DNA of 64,000 nt from Eledone cirrhosa (GCA_964016885.1 OZ024750.1:39928001-39992000); one strand, 5' to 3'; counted from the stretch's first letter, positions 1 to 14,800 are shown. Numbers and translations are program-made. Notes: generated by a model not told the origin, from the letters alone.

Positions 1-689
1 ATAGACCCCCCCCCCCAGTCATAGAAGCCTGTATTGTTTGTGTCTCGCTGTCCCACCGACCCTCAGCGTCTATAGACACCTCCCCCCAGTCATAGAAGCC
101 TGTATTGTTTGTGTCTCGCTGTCCCACCGACCCTCAGCGTCTATAGACACCTCCCCCCAGTCATAGAAGCCTGTATTGTTTGTGTCTCGCTGTCCCACCG
201 ACCCTCGGCGTCTATAGACACCTCCCCCCAGTCATAGAAGCCTGTATTGTTTGTGTCTCGCTGTCCCACCGACCCTCAGCGTCTATAGACCCCCCCCCCT
301 CCAGTCATAGAAGCCTGTATTGTTTGTGTCTCGCTGTCCCACCGACCCTCAGCGTCTATAGACACCTCCCCCCAGTCATAGAAGCCTGTATTGTTTGTGT
401 CTCGCTGTCCCACCGACCCTCGGCGTCTATAGACACCTCCCCCCAGTCATAGAAGCCTGTATTGTTTGTGTCTCGCTGTCCCACCGACCCTCAGCGTCTA
501 TAGACCCCCCCCCCCCAGTCATAGAAGCCTGTATTGTTTGTGTCTCGCTGTCCCACCGACCCTCAGTGTCTATAGACACCTCCCCCCAGTCATAGAAGCC
601 TGTATTGTTTGTGTCTCGCTGTTCCACCGACCCTCAGCGTCTATAGACCCCCCCCCCCAGTCATAGAAGCCTGTATTGTTTGTGTCTCG

Positions 690-3600
690 CTGTCCCACCG
701 ACCCTCAGCGTCTATAGACACCTCCCCCCAGTCATAGAAGCCTGTATTGTTTGTGTCTCTCTGTCCCACCGACCCTCGGCGTCTATAGACACCTCCCCCC
801 AGTCATAGAAGCCTGTATTGTTTGTGTCTCGCTGTCCCACCGACCCTCAGCGTCTATAGGCCCCCCCCAGTCATAGAAGCCTGTATTGTTTGTGTCTCGC
901 TGTCCCACCGACCCTCAGCGTCTATAGACACCTCCCCCCAGTCATAGAAGCCTGTATTTTTTGTGTCTCGCTGTTCCACCGACCCTCAGCGTCTATAGAC
1001 CCCCCCCCCCCAGTCATAGAAGCCTGTATTGTTTGTGTCTCGCTGTCCCACCGACCCTCAGCGTCTATAGACACCTCCCCCCAGTCATAGAAGCCTGTAT
1101 TGTTTGTGTCTCTCTGTCCCACCGACCCTCAGCGTCTATAGACACCTCCCCCTCCCCCAGTCATAGAAGCCTGTATTGTTTGTGTCTCGCTGTCCCACCG
1201 TCCCTCGGCGTCTATAGACACCTCCCCCCAGTCATAGAAGCCTGTATTGTTTGTGTCTCGCTGTCCCACCGACCCTCAGCGTCTATAGACCCCCCCCCCA
1301 GTCATAGAAGCCTGTATTGTTTGTGTCTCGCTGTCCCACCGACCCTCGGCGTCTATAGATGCCTCTCCCCAGTCATAGAAGCTTGTATTGTTTGTATCTC
1401 GCTGTCCCACCGACCCTCAGCGTCTATAGACACCTCCCCCCAGTCATAGAAGCCTGTATTCTTTGTGTCTCGCTGTCCCACCGACCCTCAGTGTCTATAG
1501 ACACCTCCCCCCAGTCATAGAAGCCTGTATTCTTTGTGTCTCGCTGTCCCACCGACCCTCAGCGTCTATAGACCCCCCCCCCAGTCATAGAAGCCTGTAT
1601 TGTTTGTGTCTCGCTGTCCCACCGACCCTCGGCGTCTGTAGACACCTCCCCCCAGTCATAGAAGCTTGTATTGTTTGTCTCGCTGTCCCACCGACCCTCA
1701 GCGTCTATAGACACCTCCCCCCAGTCATAGAAGCCTGTATTCTTTGTGTCTCGCTGTCCCACCGACCCTCAGTGTCTATAGACCCCCCCCCCCAGTCATA
1801 GAAGCCTGTATTGTTTGTGTCTCGCTGTCCCACCGACCCTCAGCGTCTATGGACACCTCCCCCCAGTCATAGAAGCCTGTATTGTTTGTGTCTCGCTGTC
1901 ACTCCGAACCTCAGCGTCTATAGACACCTCCCCCCAGTCATAGAAGCCTGTATTGTTTGTGTCTCGCTGTCCCACCGACCCTCAGCGTCTATAGACACCT
2001 CCCCCCAGTCATAGAAGCCTGTATTGTTTGTGTCTCGCTGTCCCACCGACCCTCAGCGTCTATAGACACCTCCCCCCAGTTATAGAAGCCTGTATTCTTT
2101 GTGTCTCGCTGTCCCACCGACCCTCAGCGTCTATAGACACCTCCCCCCAGTCATAGAAGCCTGTATTGTTTGTGTCTCGCTGTCCCACCGACCCTCAGCG
2201 TCTATAGACACCTCTCCCCCGTTATAGAAGCCTGTATTCTTTGTGTCTCGCTGTCCCACCGACCCTCAGCGTCTATAGACACCTCCCCCCAGTCATAGAA
2301 GCCTGTATTCTTTGTGTCTCGCTGTCCCACCGACCCTCAGCGTCTATAGACACCTCCCCCCAGTGATAGAAGCCTGTATTGTTTGTGTCTCGCTGTCCCA
2401 CCGACCCTCAGCGTCTATAGACACCTCCCCCCAGTCATAGAAGCCTGTATTGTTTGTGTCTCGCTGTCCCTCCGAACCTCAGCGTCTATAGACACCTCCC
2501 CCCAGTCATAGAAGCCTGTATTGTTTGTGTCTCGCTGTCCCACCGACACTCAGCGTCTATAGACACCTCCCCCCAGTCATAGAAGCCTGTATTGTTTGTG
2601 TCTCGCTGTCCCACCGACCCTCAGCGTCTATAGACACCTCCGCCCAGTTATAGAAGCCTGTATTCTTTGTGTCTCGCTGTCCCACCGACCCTCAGCGTCT
2701 ATAGACACCTCCCCCCAGTCATAGAAGCCTGTATTGTTTGTGTCTCGCTGTCCCACCGACCCTCAGCGTCTATAGACACCTCCCCCCAGTCATAGAAGCC
2801 TGTATTGTTTGTGTCTCGCTGTCCCTCCGAACCTCAGCGTCTATAGACACCTCCCCCCAGTCATAGAAGCCTGTATTGTTTGTGTCTCGCTGTCCCACCG
2901 ACCCTCAGCGTCTATAGACACCTCCCCCCAGTCATAGAAGCCTGTATTGTTTGTGTCTCGCTGTCCCACCGACCCTCGGCGTCTATAGACACCTCCCCCC
3001 AGTCATAGAAGCCTGTATTGTTTGTGTCTCGCTGTCCCACCGACCCTCAGCGTCTATAGACCCCCCCTCCAGTCATAGAAGCCTGTATTGTTTGTGTCTC
3101 GCTGTCCCACCGACCCTCAGTGTCTATAGACACCTCCCCCCAGTCATAGAAGCCTGTATTGTTTGTGTCTCGCTGTCCCACCGACCCTCAGCGTCTATAG
3201 ACCCCCCCCAGTCATAGAAGCCTGTATTGTTTGTGTCTCGCTGTCCCACCGACCCTCAGCGTCTATAGACACCTCCCCCCAGTCATAGAAGCCTGTATTG
3301 TTGGTGTCTCGCTGTCCCACCGACCCTCAGCGTCTATAGACACCTCCCCCCAGTCATAGAAGCCTGTATTGTTTGTGTCTCGCTGTCCCACCGACCCTCG
3401 GCGTCTATAGACACCTCCCCCCAGTCATAGAAGCCTGTATTGTTTGTGTCTCGCTGTCCCACCGACCCTCAGCGTCTATAGACCCCCCCCCCCCCAGTCA
3501 TAGAAGCCTGTATTGTTTGTGTCTCGCTGTCCCACCGACCCTCAGTGTCTATAGACACCTCCCCCCAGTCATAGAAGCCTGTATTGTTTGTGTCTCGCTG

Positions 3601-6600
3601 TCCCACCGACCCTCAGCGTCTATAGACCCCCCCAGTCATAGAAGCCTGTATTGTTTGTGTCTCGCTGTCCCACCGACCCTCAGCGTCTATAGACACCTCC
3701 CCCCAGTCATAGAAGCCTGTATTGTTTGTGTCTCTCTGTCCCACCGACCCTCAGCGTCTATAGACACCTCCCCCTCCACCAGTCATAGAAGCCTGTATTG
3801 TTTGTGTCTCGCTGTCCCACCGACCCTCGGCGTCTATAGACACCTCCCCCCAGTCATAGAAGCCTGTATTGTTTGTGTCTCGCTGTCCCACCGACCCTCA
3901 GCGTCTATAGACCCCCCCCCCCCCCTCCAGTCATAGAAGCCTGTATTGTTTGTGTCTCGCTGTCCCACCGACCCTCGGCGTCTATAGACACCTCCCCCCA
4001 GTCATAGAAGCTTGTATTGTTTGTGTCTCGCTGTCCCACCGACCCTCAGCGTCTATAGACACCTCCCCCCAGTCATAGAAGCCTGTATTCTTTGTGTCTC
4101 GCTGTCCCACCGACCCTCAGTGTCTATAGACACCTCCCCCCAGTCATAGAAGCCTGTATTCTTTGTGTCTCGCTGTCCCACCGACCCTCAGCGTCTATAG
4201 ACCCCCCCCCCCAGTCATAGAAGCCTGTATTGTTTGTGTCTCGCTGTCCCACCGACCCTCGGCGTCTATAGACACCTCCCCCCAGTCATAGAAGCTTGTA
4301 TTGTTTGTCTCGCTGTCCCACCGACCCTCAGCGTCTATAGACACCTCCCCCAGTCATAGAAGCCTGTATTCTTTGTGTCTCGCTGTCCCACCGACCCTCA
4401 GTGTCTATAGACCCCCCCCCAGTCATAGAAGCCTGTATTGTTTGTGTCTCGCTGTCCCACCGACCCTCAGCGTCTATAGACACCTCCCCCCAGTCATAGA
4501 AGCCTGTATTGTTTGTGTCTCGCTGTCCCACCGACCCTCAGCGTCTATAGACACCTCCCCCCAGTCATAGAAGCCTGTATTGTTTGTGTCTCTCTGTCCC
4601 ACCGACCCTCGGCGTCTATAGACACCTCCCCCCAGTCATAGAAGCCTGTATTGTTTGTGTCTCGCTGTCCCACCGACCCTCAGCGTCTATAGACCCCCCC
4701 CCCAGTCATAGAAGCCTGTATTGTTTGTGTCTCGCTGTCCCACCGACCCTCAGCGTCTATAGACACCTCCCCCCAGTCATAGAAGCCTGTATTTTTTGTG
4801 TCTCGCTGTTCCACCGACCCTCAGCGTCTATAGACCCCCCCCCCAGTCATAGAAGCCTGTATTGTTTGTGTCTCGCTGTCCCACCGACCCTCAGCGTCTA
4901 TAGACACCTCCCCCCAGTCATAGAAGCCTGTATTGTTTGTGTCTCTCTGTCCCACCGACCCTCAGCGTCTATAGACACCTCCCCCTCCCCCAGTCATAGA
5001 AGCCTGTATTGTTTGTGTCTCGCTGTCCCACCGTCCCTCGGCGTCTATAGACACCTCCCCCCAGTCATAGAAGCCTGTATTGTTTGTGTCTCGCTGTCCC
5101 ACCGACCCTCAGCGTCTATAGACCCCCCCCCAGTCATAGAAGCCTGTATTGTTTGTGTCTCGCTGTCCCACCGACCCTCGGCGTCTATAGATGCCTCTCC
5201 CCAGTCATAGAAGCTTGTATTGTTTGTGTCTCGCTGTCCCACCGACCCTCAGCGTCTATAGACACCTCCCCCCAGTCATAGAAGCCTGTATTCTTTGTGT
5301 CTCGCTGTCCCACCGACCCTCAGTGTCTATAGACACCTCCCCCCAGTCATAGAAGCCTGTATTCTTTGTGTCTCGCTGTCCCACCGACCCTCAGCGTCTA
5401 TAGACCCCCCCCCAGTCATAGAAGCCTGTATTGTTTGTGTCTCGCTGTCCCACCGACCCTCGGCGTCTGTAGACACCTCCCCCCAGTCATAGAAGCTTGT
5501 ATTGTTTGTCTCGCTGTCCCACCGACCCTCAGCGTCTATAGACACCTCCCCCCAGTCATAGAAGCCTGTATTCTTTGTGTCTCGCTGTCCCACCGACCCT
5601 CAGTGTCTATAGACCCCCCCCCAGTCATAGAAGCCTGTATTGTTTGTGTCTCGCTGTCCCACCGACCCTCAGCGTCTATGGACACCTCCCCCCAGTCATA
5701 GAAGCCTGTATTGTTTGTGTCTCGCTGTCACTCCGAACCTCAGCGTCTATGGACACCTCCCCCCAGTCATAGAAGCCTGTATTGTTTGTGTCTCGCTGTC
5801 CCACCGACCCTCAGCGTCTATAGACACCTCCCCCCAGTCATAGAAGCCTGTATTGTTTGTGTCTCGCTGTCCCACCGACCCTCAGCGTCTATAGACACCT
5901 CCCCCCAGTTATAGAAGCCTGTATTCTTTGTGTCTCGCTGTCCCACCGACCCTCAGCGTCTATAGACACCTCCCCCCAGTCATAGAAGCCTGTATTGTTT
6001 GTGTCTCGCTGTCCCACCGACCCTCAGCGTCTATAGACACCTCTCCCCCGTTATAGAAGCCTGTATTCTTTGTGTCTCGCTGTCCCACCGACCCTCAGCG
6101 TCTATAGACACCTCCCCCCAGTCATAGAAGCCTGTATTCTTTGTGTCTCGCTGTCCCACCGACCCTCAGCGTCTATAGACACCTCCCCCCAGTGATAGAA
6201 GCCTGTATTGTTTGTGTCTCGCTGTCCCACCGACCCTCAGCGTCTATAGACACCTCCCCCCAGTCATAGAAGCCTGTATTGTTTGTGTCTCGCTGTCCCT
6301 CCGAACCTCAGCGTCTATAGACACCTCCCCCCAGTCATAGAAGCCTGTATTGTTTGTGTCTCGCTGTCCCACCGACACTCAGCGTCTATAGACACCTCCC
6401 CCCAGTCATAGAAGCCTGTATTGTTTGTGTCTCGCTGTCCCACCGACCCTCAGCGTCTATAGACACCTCCGCCCAGTTATAGAAGCCTGTATTCTTTGTG
6501 TCTCGCTGTCCCACCGACCCTCAGCGTCTATAGACACCTCCCCCCAGTCATAGAAGCCTGTATTGTTTGTGTCTCGCTGTCCCACCGACCCTCAGCGTCT

Positions 6601-7560
6601 ATAGACACCTCCCCCCAGTCATAGAAGCCTGTATTGTTTGTGTCTCGCTGTCCCTCCGAACCTCAGCGTCTATAGACACCTCCCCCCAGTCATAGAAGCC
6701 TGTATTGTTTGTGTCTCGCTGTCCCACCGACCCTCAGCGTCTATAGACACCTCCCCCAGTCATAGAAGCCTGTATTGTTTGTGTCTCGCTGTCCCACCGA
6801 CCCTCGGCGTCTATAGACACCTCCCCCCAGTCATAGAAGCCTGTATTGTTTGTGTCTCGCTGTCCCACCGACCCTCAGCGTCTATAGACCCCCCCCTCCA
6901 GTCATAGAAGCCTGTATTGTTTGTGTCTCGCTGTCCCACCGACCCTCAGTGTCTATAGACACCTCCCCCCAGTCATAGTAGCCTGTATTGTTTGTGTCTC
7001 GCTGTCCCACCGACCCTCAGCGTCTATAGACCCCCCCCAGTCATAGAAGCCTGTATTGTTTGTGTCTCGCTGTCCCACCGACCCTCAGCGTCTATAGACA
7101 CCTCCCCCCAGTCATAGAAGCCTGTATTGTTGGTGTCTCGCTGTCCCACCGACCCTCAGCGTCTATAGACACCTCCCCCCAGTCATAGAAGCCTGTATTG
7201 TTTGTGTCTCGCTGTCCCACCGACCCTCGGCGTCTATAGACACCTCCCCCCAGTCATAGAAGCCTGTATTGTTTGTGTCTCGCTGTCCCACCGACCCTCA
7301 GCGTCTATAGACCCCCCCCCCCCAGTCATAGAAGCCTGTATTGTTTGTGTCTCGCTGTCCCACCGACCCTCAGTGTCTATAGACACCTCCCCCCAGTCAT
7401 AGAAGCCTGTATTGTTTGTGTCTCGCTGTCCCACCGACCCTCAGCGTCTATAGACCCCCCCCCAGTCATAGAAGCCTGTATTGTTTGTGTCTCGCTGTCC
7501 CACCGACCCTCAGCGTCTATAGACACCTCCCCCCAGTCATAGAAGCCTGTATTGTTTGTG
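690..7560. repeat. ~3.83-kb (54-monomer) tandem duplication within the satellite
   Basis: Rare variants recur at ~3830-bp offset: TATTTTTTG ~955/4790, CCGTCCCTCGG ~1198/5031, GATGCCTC ~1358/5190, GTCACTCCG ~1898/5727, CTCCGCCC ~2638/6468, TTGGTGTC ~3301/7130. Boundaries are approximate. Confidence 0.9.
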
Positions 7561-7779
7561 TCTCGCTGTCCCACCGACCCTCAGCGTCTATAGACACCTC
7601 CCCCCAGTCATAGAAGCCTGTATTGTTTGTGTCTCGCTGTCCCACCGACCCTCGGCGTCTATAGACACCTCCCCCCAGTCATAGAAGCCTGTATTGTTTG
7701 TGTCTCGCTGTCCCACCGACCCTCAGCGTCTATAGACCCCCCCCCTCCAGTCATAGAAGCCTGTATTGTTTGTGTCTCG

Positions 7780-10700
7780 CTGTCCCACCGACCCTCAGCG
7801 TCTATAGACACCTCCCCCTCCACCAGTCATAGAAGCCTGTATTGTTTGTGTCTCGCTGTCCCACCGACCCTCGGCGTCTATAGACACCTCCCCCCAGTCA
7901 TAGAAGCCTGTATTGTTTGTGTCTCGCTGTCCCACCGACCCTCAGCGTCTATAGACCCCCCCCCCCCCTCCAGTCATAGAAGCCTGTATTGTTTGTGTCT
8001 CGCTGTCCCACCGACCCTCGGCGTCTATAGACACCTCCCCCCAGTCATAGAAGCTTGTATTGTTTGTGTCTCGCTGTCCCACCGACCCTCAGCGTCTATA
8101 GACACCTCCCCCAGTCATAGAAGCCTGTATTCTTTGTGTCTCGCTGTCCCACCGACCCTCAGTGTCTATAGACACCTCCCCCCAGTCATAGAAGCCTGTA
8201 TTCTTTGTGTCTCGCTGTCCCACCGACCCTCAGCGTCTATAGACCCCCCCCCCAGTCATAGAAGCCTGTATTGTTTGTGTCTCGCTGTCCCACCGACCCT
8301 CGGCGTCTATAGACACCTCCCCCCAGTCATAGAAGCTTGTATTGTTTGTCTCGCTGTCCCACCGACCCTCAGCGTCTATAGACACCTCCCCCCAGTCATA
8401 GAAGCCTGTATTCTTTGTGTCTCGCTGTCCCACCGACCCTCAGTGTCTATAGACCCCCCCCCCCCAGTCATAGAAGCCTGTATTGTTTGTGTCTCGCTGT
8501 CCCACCGACCCTCAGCGTCTATAGACACCTCCCCCCAGTCATAGAAGCCTGTATTGTTTGTGTCTCGCTGTCCCTCCGAACCTCAGCGTCTATAGACACC
8601 TCCCCCCAGTCATAGAAGCCTGTATTGTTTGTGTCTCGCTGTCCCACCGACACTCAGCGTCTATAGACACCTCCCCCCAGTCATAGAAGCCTGTATTGTT
8701 TGTGTCTCGCTGTCCCACCGACCCTCAGCGTCTATAGACACCTCCCCCCAGTCATAGAAGCCTGTATTGTTTGTGTCTCGCTGTCCCACCGACCCTCAGC
8801 GTCTATAGACACCTCCCCCCAGTCATAGAAGCCTGTATTGTTTGTGTCTCGCTGTCCCTCCGAACCTCAGCGTCTATAGACACCTCCCCCCAGTCATAGA
8901 AGCCTGTATTGTTTGTGTCTCGCTGTCCCACCGACCCTCAGCGTCTATAGACACCTCCCCCCAGTCATAGAAGCCTGTATTGTTTGTGTCTCGCTGTCCC
9001 ACCGACCCTCGGCGTCTATAGACACCTCCCCCCAGTCATAGAAGCCTGTATTGTTTGTGTCTCGCTGTCCCACCGACCCTCAGCGTCTATAGACACCTCC
9101 CCCCAGTCATAGAAGCCTGTATTGTTTGTGTCTCGCTGTCCCACCGACCCTCGGCGTCTATAGACACCTCCCCCCAGTCATAGAAGCCTGTATTGTTTGT
9201 GTCTCGCTGTCCCACCGACCCTCAGCGTCTATAGACCCCCCCCCCAGTCATAGAAGCCTGTATTGTTTGTGTCTCGCTGTCCCACCGACCCTCAGTGTCT
9301 ATAGACACCTCCCCCCAGTCATAGAAGCCTGTATTGTTTGTGTCTCGCTGTCCCACCGACCCTCAGCGTCTATAGACCCCCCCCAGTCATAGAAGCCTGT
9401 ATTGTTTGTGTCTCGCTGTCCCACCGACCCTCAGCGTCTATAGACACCTCCCCCCAGTCATAGAAGCCTGTATTGTTTGTGTCTCTCTGTCCCACCGACC
9501 CTCAGCGTCTATAGACACCTCCCCCTCCACCAGTCATAGAAGCCTGTATTGTTTGTGTCTCGCTGTCCCACCGACCCTCGGCGTCTATAGACACCTCCCC
9601 CCAGTCATAGAAGCCTGTATTGTTTGTGTCTCGCTGTCCCACCGACCCTCAGCGTCTATAGACCCCCCCCCCTCCAGTCATAGAAGCCTGTATTGTTTGT
9701 GTCTCGCTGTCCCACCGACCCTCGGCGTCTATAGACACCTCCCCCCAGTCATAGAAGCTTGTATTGTTTGTGTCTCGCTGTCCCACCGACCCTCAGCGTC
9801 TATAGACACCTCCCCCAGTCATAGAAGCCTGTATTCTTTGTGTCTCGCTGTCCCACCGACCCTCAGTGTCTATAGACACCTCCCCCCAGTCATAGAAGCC
9901 TGTATTCTTTGTGTCTCGCTGTCCCACCGACCCTCAGCGTCTATAGACCCCCCCCCAGTCATAGAAGCCTGTATTGTTTGTGTCTCGCTGTCCCACCGAC
10001 CCTCGGCGTCTATAGACACCTCCCCCCAGTCATAGAAGCTTGTATTGTTTGTCTCGCTGTCCCACCGACCCTCAGCGTCTATAGACACCTCCCCCCAGTC
10101 ATAGAAGCCTGTATTCTTTGTGTCTCGCTGTCCCACCGACCCTCAGTGTCTATAGACCCCCCCCCCCAGTCATAGAAGCCTGTATTGTTTGTGTCTCGCT
10201 GTCCCACCGACCCTCAGCGTCTATAGACACCTCCCCCCAGTCATAGAAGCCTGTATTGTTTGTGTCTCGCTGTCCCTCCGAACCTCAGCGTCTATAGACA
10301 CCTCCCCCCAGTCATAGAAGCCTGTATTGTTTGTGTCTCGCTGTCCCACCGACACTCAGCGTCTATAGACACCTCCCCCCAGTCATAGAAGCCTGTATTG
10401 TTTGTGTCTCGCTGTCCCACCGACCCTCAGCGTCTATAGACACCTCCCCCCAGTCATAGAAGCCTGTATTGTTTGTGTCTCGCTGTCCCACCGACCCTCA
10501 GCGTCTATAGACACCTCCCCCCAGTCATAGAAGCCTGTATTGTTTGTGTCTCGCTGTCCCTCCGAACCTCAGCGTCTATAGACACCTCCCCCCAGTCATA
10601 GAAGCCTGTATTGTTTGTGTCTCGCTGTCCCACCGACCCTCAGCGTCTATAGACACCTCCCCCCAGTCATAGAAGCCTGTATTGTTTGTGTCTCGCTGTC

Positions 10701-11100
10701 CCACCGACCCTCGGCGTCTATAGACACCTCCCCCCAGTCATAGAAGCCTGTATTGTTTGTGTCTCGCTGTCCCACCGACCCTCAGCGTCTATAGACCCCC
10801 CCTCCAGTCATAGAAGCCTGTATTGTTTGTGTCTCGCTGTCCCACCGACCCTCAGTGTCTATAGACACCTCCCCCCAGTCATAGAAGCCTGTATTGTTTG
10901 TGTCTCGCTGTCCCACCGACCCTCAGCGTCTATAGACCCCCCCCCAGTCATAGAAGCCTGTATTGTTTGTGTCTCGCTGTCCCACCGACCCTCAGCGTCT
11001 ATAGACACCTCCCCCCAGTCATAGAAGCCTGTATTGTTTGTGTCTCGCTGTCCCACCGACCCTCAGCGTCTATAGACACCTCCCCCCAGTCATAGAAGCC
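7780..11100. repeat. ~1.70-kb (24-monomer) tandem duplication within the satellite
   Basis: CCCTCCACC ~7817/9522, CCTCCAG ~7967/9671, 2-bp deletion monomer ~8341/10045, GACACTC ~8649/10351. Confidence 0.8.
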
Positions 11101-11899
11101 TGTATTGTTTGTGTCTCGCTGTCCCACCGACCCTCAGCGTCTATAGACCCCCCCCCCCAGTCATAGAAGCCTGTATTGTTTGTGTCTCGCTGTCCCACCG
11201 ACCCTCAGCGTCTATAGACACCTCCCCCCAGTCATAGAAGCCTGTATTGTTTGTGTCTCGCTGTCCCACCGACCCTCGGCGTCTATAGACACCTCCCCCC
11301 AGTCATAGAAGCCTGTATTGTTTGTGTCTCGCTGTCCCACCGACCCTCAGCGTCTATAGACCCCCCCCAGTCATAGAAGCCTGTATTGTTTGTGTCTCGC
11401 TGTCCCACCGACCCTCGGCGTCTATAGACACCTCCCCCCAGTCATAGAAGCTTGTATTGTTTGTGTCTCGCTGTCCCACCGACCCTCAGCGTCTATAGAC
11501 ACCTCCCCCCAGTCATAGAAGCCTGTATTCTTTGTGTCTCGCTGTCCCACCGACCCTCAGTGTCTATAGACACCTCCCCCCAGTCATAGAAGCCTGTATT
11601 CTTTGTGTCTCGCTGTCCCACCGACCCTCAGCGTCTATAGACCCCCCCCCAGTCATAGAAGCCTGTATTGTTTGTGTCTCGCTGTCCCACCGACCCTCGG
11701 CGTCTATAGACACCTCCCCCCAGTCATAGAAGCTTGTATTGTTTGTCTCGCTGTCCCACCGACCCTCAGCGTCTATAGACACCTCCCCCCAGTCATAGAA
11801 GCCTGTATTCTTTGTGTCTCGCTGTCCCACCGACCCTCAGTGTCTATAGACCCCCCCCCCCAGTCATAGAAGCCTGTATTGTTTGTGTCTCGCTGTCCC

Positions 11900-14800
11900 A
11901 CCGACCCTCAGCGTCTATAGACACCTCCCCCCAGTCATAGAAGCCTGTATTGTTTGTGTCTCGCTGTCCCTCCGAACCTCAGCGTCAATAGACACCTCCC
12001 CCCAGTCATAGAAGCCTGTATTGTTTGTGTCTCGCTGTCCCACCGACCCTCAGCGACTATAGACACCTCCCCCCAGTCATAGAAGCCTGTATTGTTTGTG
12101 TCTCGCTGTCCCACCGACCCTCGGCGTCTATAGACACCTCCCCCCAGTCATAGAAGCCTGTATTGTTTGTGTCTCGCTGTCCCACCGACCCTCAGCGTCT
12201 ATAGACCCCCCCCCCAGTCATAGAAGCCTGTATTGTTTGTGTCTCGCTGTCCCACCGACCCTCGGCGTCTATAGACACCTCCCCCCAGTCATAGAAGCTT
12301 GTATTGTTTGTGTCTCGCTGTCCCACCCACCCTCAGCGTCTATAGACACCTCCCCCCAGTCATAGAAGCCTGTATTCTTTGTGTCTCGCTGTCCCACCGA
12401 CCCTCAGTGTCTATAGACACCTCCCCCCAGTCATAGAAGCCTGTATTCTTTGTGTCTCGCTGTCCCACCGACCCTCAGCGTCTATAGACCCCCCCCCAGT
12501 CATAGAAGCCTGTATTGTTTGTGTCTCGCTGTCCCACCGACCCTCGGCGTCTATAGACACCTCCCCCCAGTCATAGAAGCTTGTATTGTTTGTCTCGCTG
12601 TCCCACCGACCCTCAGCGTCTATAGACACCTCCCCCCAGTCATAGAAGCCTGTATTCTTTGTGTCTCGCTGTCCCACCGACCCTCAGTGTCTATAGACCC
12701 CCCCCCCAGTCATAGAAGCCTGTATTGTTTGTGTCTCGCTGTCCCACCGACCCTCAGCGTCTATAGACACCTCCCCCCAGTCATAGAAGCCTGTATTGTT
12801 TGTGTCTCGCTGTCCCTCCGAACCTCAGTGTCAATAGACACCTCCCCCCAGTCATAGAAGCCTGTATTGTTTGTGTCTCGCTGTCCCACCGACCCTCAGC
12901 GTCTATAGACACCTCCCCCCAGTCATAGAAACCTGTATTGTTTGTGTCTCGCTGTCCCACCGACCCTCAGCGTCTATAGACACCTCCCCCCAGTTATAGA
13001 AGCCTGTATTCTTTGTGTCTCGCTGTCCCACCGACCCTCAGCGTCTATAGACACCTCCCCCCAGTCATAGAAGCCTGTATTGTTTGTGTCTCGCTGTCCC
13101 ACCGACCCTCAGCGTCTATAGACACCTCCCCCCCGTTATAGAAGCCTGTATTCTTTGTGTCTCGCTGTCCCACCGACCCTCAGCGTCTATAGACACCTCC
13201 CCCCAGTCATAGAAGCCTGTATTCTTTGTGTCTCGCTGTCCCACCGACCCTCAGCGTCTATAGACACCTCCCCCCAGTCATAGAAGCCTGTATTGTTTGT
13301 GTCTCGCTGTCCCACCGACCCTCAGCGTCTATAGACACCTCCCCCCAGTCATAGAAGCCTGTATTGTTTGTGTCTCGCTGTCCCTCCGAACCTCAGCGTC
13401 TATAGACACCTCCCCCCAGTCATAGAAGCCTGTATTGTTTGTGTCTCGCTGTCCCTCCGAACCTCAGCGTCTATAGACACCTCCCCCTTGTCATAGAAGC
13501 CTGTATTGTTTGTGTCTCGCTGTCCCACCGACCCTCAGCGTCTATAGACACCTCCCCCCAGTCATAGAAGCCTGTATTGTTTGTGTCTCGCTCTCCCACC
13601 GACACTCAGCGTCTATAGACACCTCCCCCCAGTTATAGAAGCCTGTATTCTTTGTGTCTCGCTGTCCCACCGACCCTCAGCGTCTATAGACACCTCCCCC
13701 CAGTCATAGAAGCCTGTATTCTTTGTGTCTCGCTGTCCCATCGACCCTCAGCGTCTATAGACACCTCCCCCCAGTCATAGAAGCCTGTATTGTTTGTGTC
13801 TCGCTGTCCCACCGACCCTCAGCGTCTATAGACACCTCCCCCCAGTCATAGAAGCCTGTATTGTTTGTGTCTCGCTGTCCCACCGACCCTCGGCGTCTAT
13901 AGACACCTCCCCCCAGTCATAGAAGCCTGTATTGTTTGTGTCTCGCTGTCCCACCGACCCTCAGCGTCTATAGACCCCCCCCCCAGTCATAGAAGCCTGT
14001 ATTGTTTGTGTCTCGCTGTCCCACCGACCCTCAGTGTCTATAGACACCTCCCCCCAGTCATAGAAGCCTGTATTGTTTGTGTCTCGCTGTTCCACCGACC
14101 CTCAGCGTCTATAGACCCCCCCCCAGTCATAGAAGCCTGTATTGTTTGTGTCTCGCTGTCCCACCGACCCTCAGCGTATATAGACACCTCCCCCCAGTCA
14201 TAGAAGCCTGTATTGTTTGTGTCTCTCTGTCCCACCGACCCTCAGCGTCTATAGACACCTCCCCCTCCCCCAGTCATAGAAGCCTGTATTGTTTGTGTCT
14301 CGCTGTCCCACCGTCCCTCGGCGTCTATAGACACCTCCCCCCAGTCATAGAAGCCTGTATTGTTTGTGTCTCGCTGTCCCGCCGACCCTCAGCGTCTATA
14401 GACCCCCCCCAGTCATAGAAGCCTGTATTGTTTGTGTCTCGCTGTCCCACCGACCCTCGGCGTCTATAGATGCCTCTCCCCAGTCATAGAAGCTTGTATT
14501 GTTTGTGTCTCGCTGTCCCACCGACCCTCAGCGTCTATAGACACCTCCCCCCAGTCATAGAAGCCTGTATTCTTTGTGTCTCGCTGTCCCACCGACCCTC
14601 AGTGTCTATAGACATCTCCCCCCAGTCATAGAAGGCTGTATTCTTTGTGTCTCGATGTCCCACCGACCCTCAGCGTCTATAGACCCCCCCAGTCATAGAA
14701 GCCTGTATTGTTTGTGTCTCGCTGTCCCACCGACCCTCGGCGTCTATAGACACCTCCCCCCAGTCATAGAAGCTTGTATTGTTTGTCTCGCTGTCCCACC

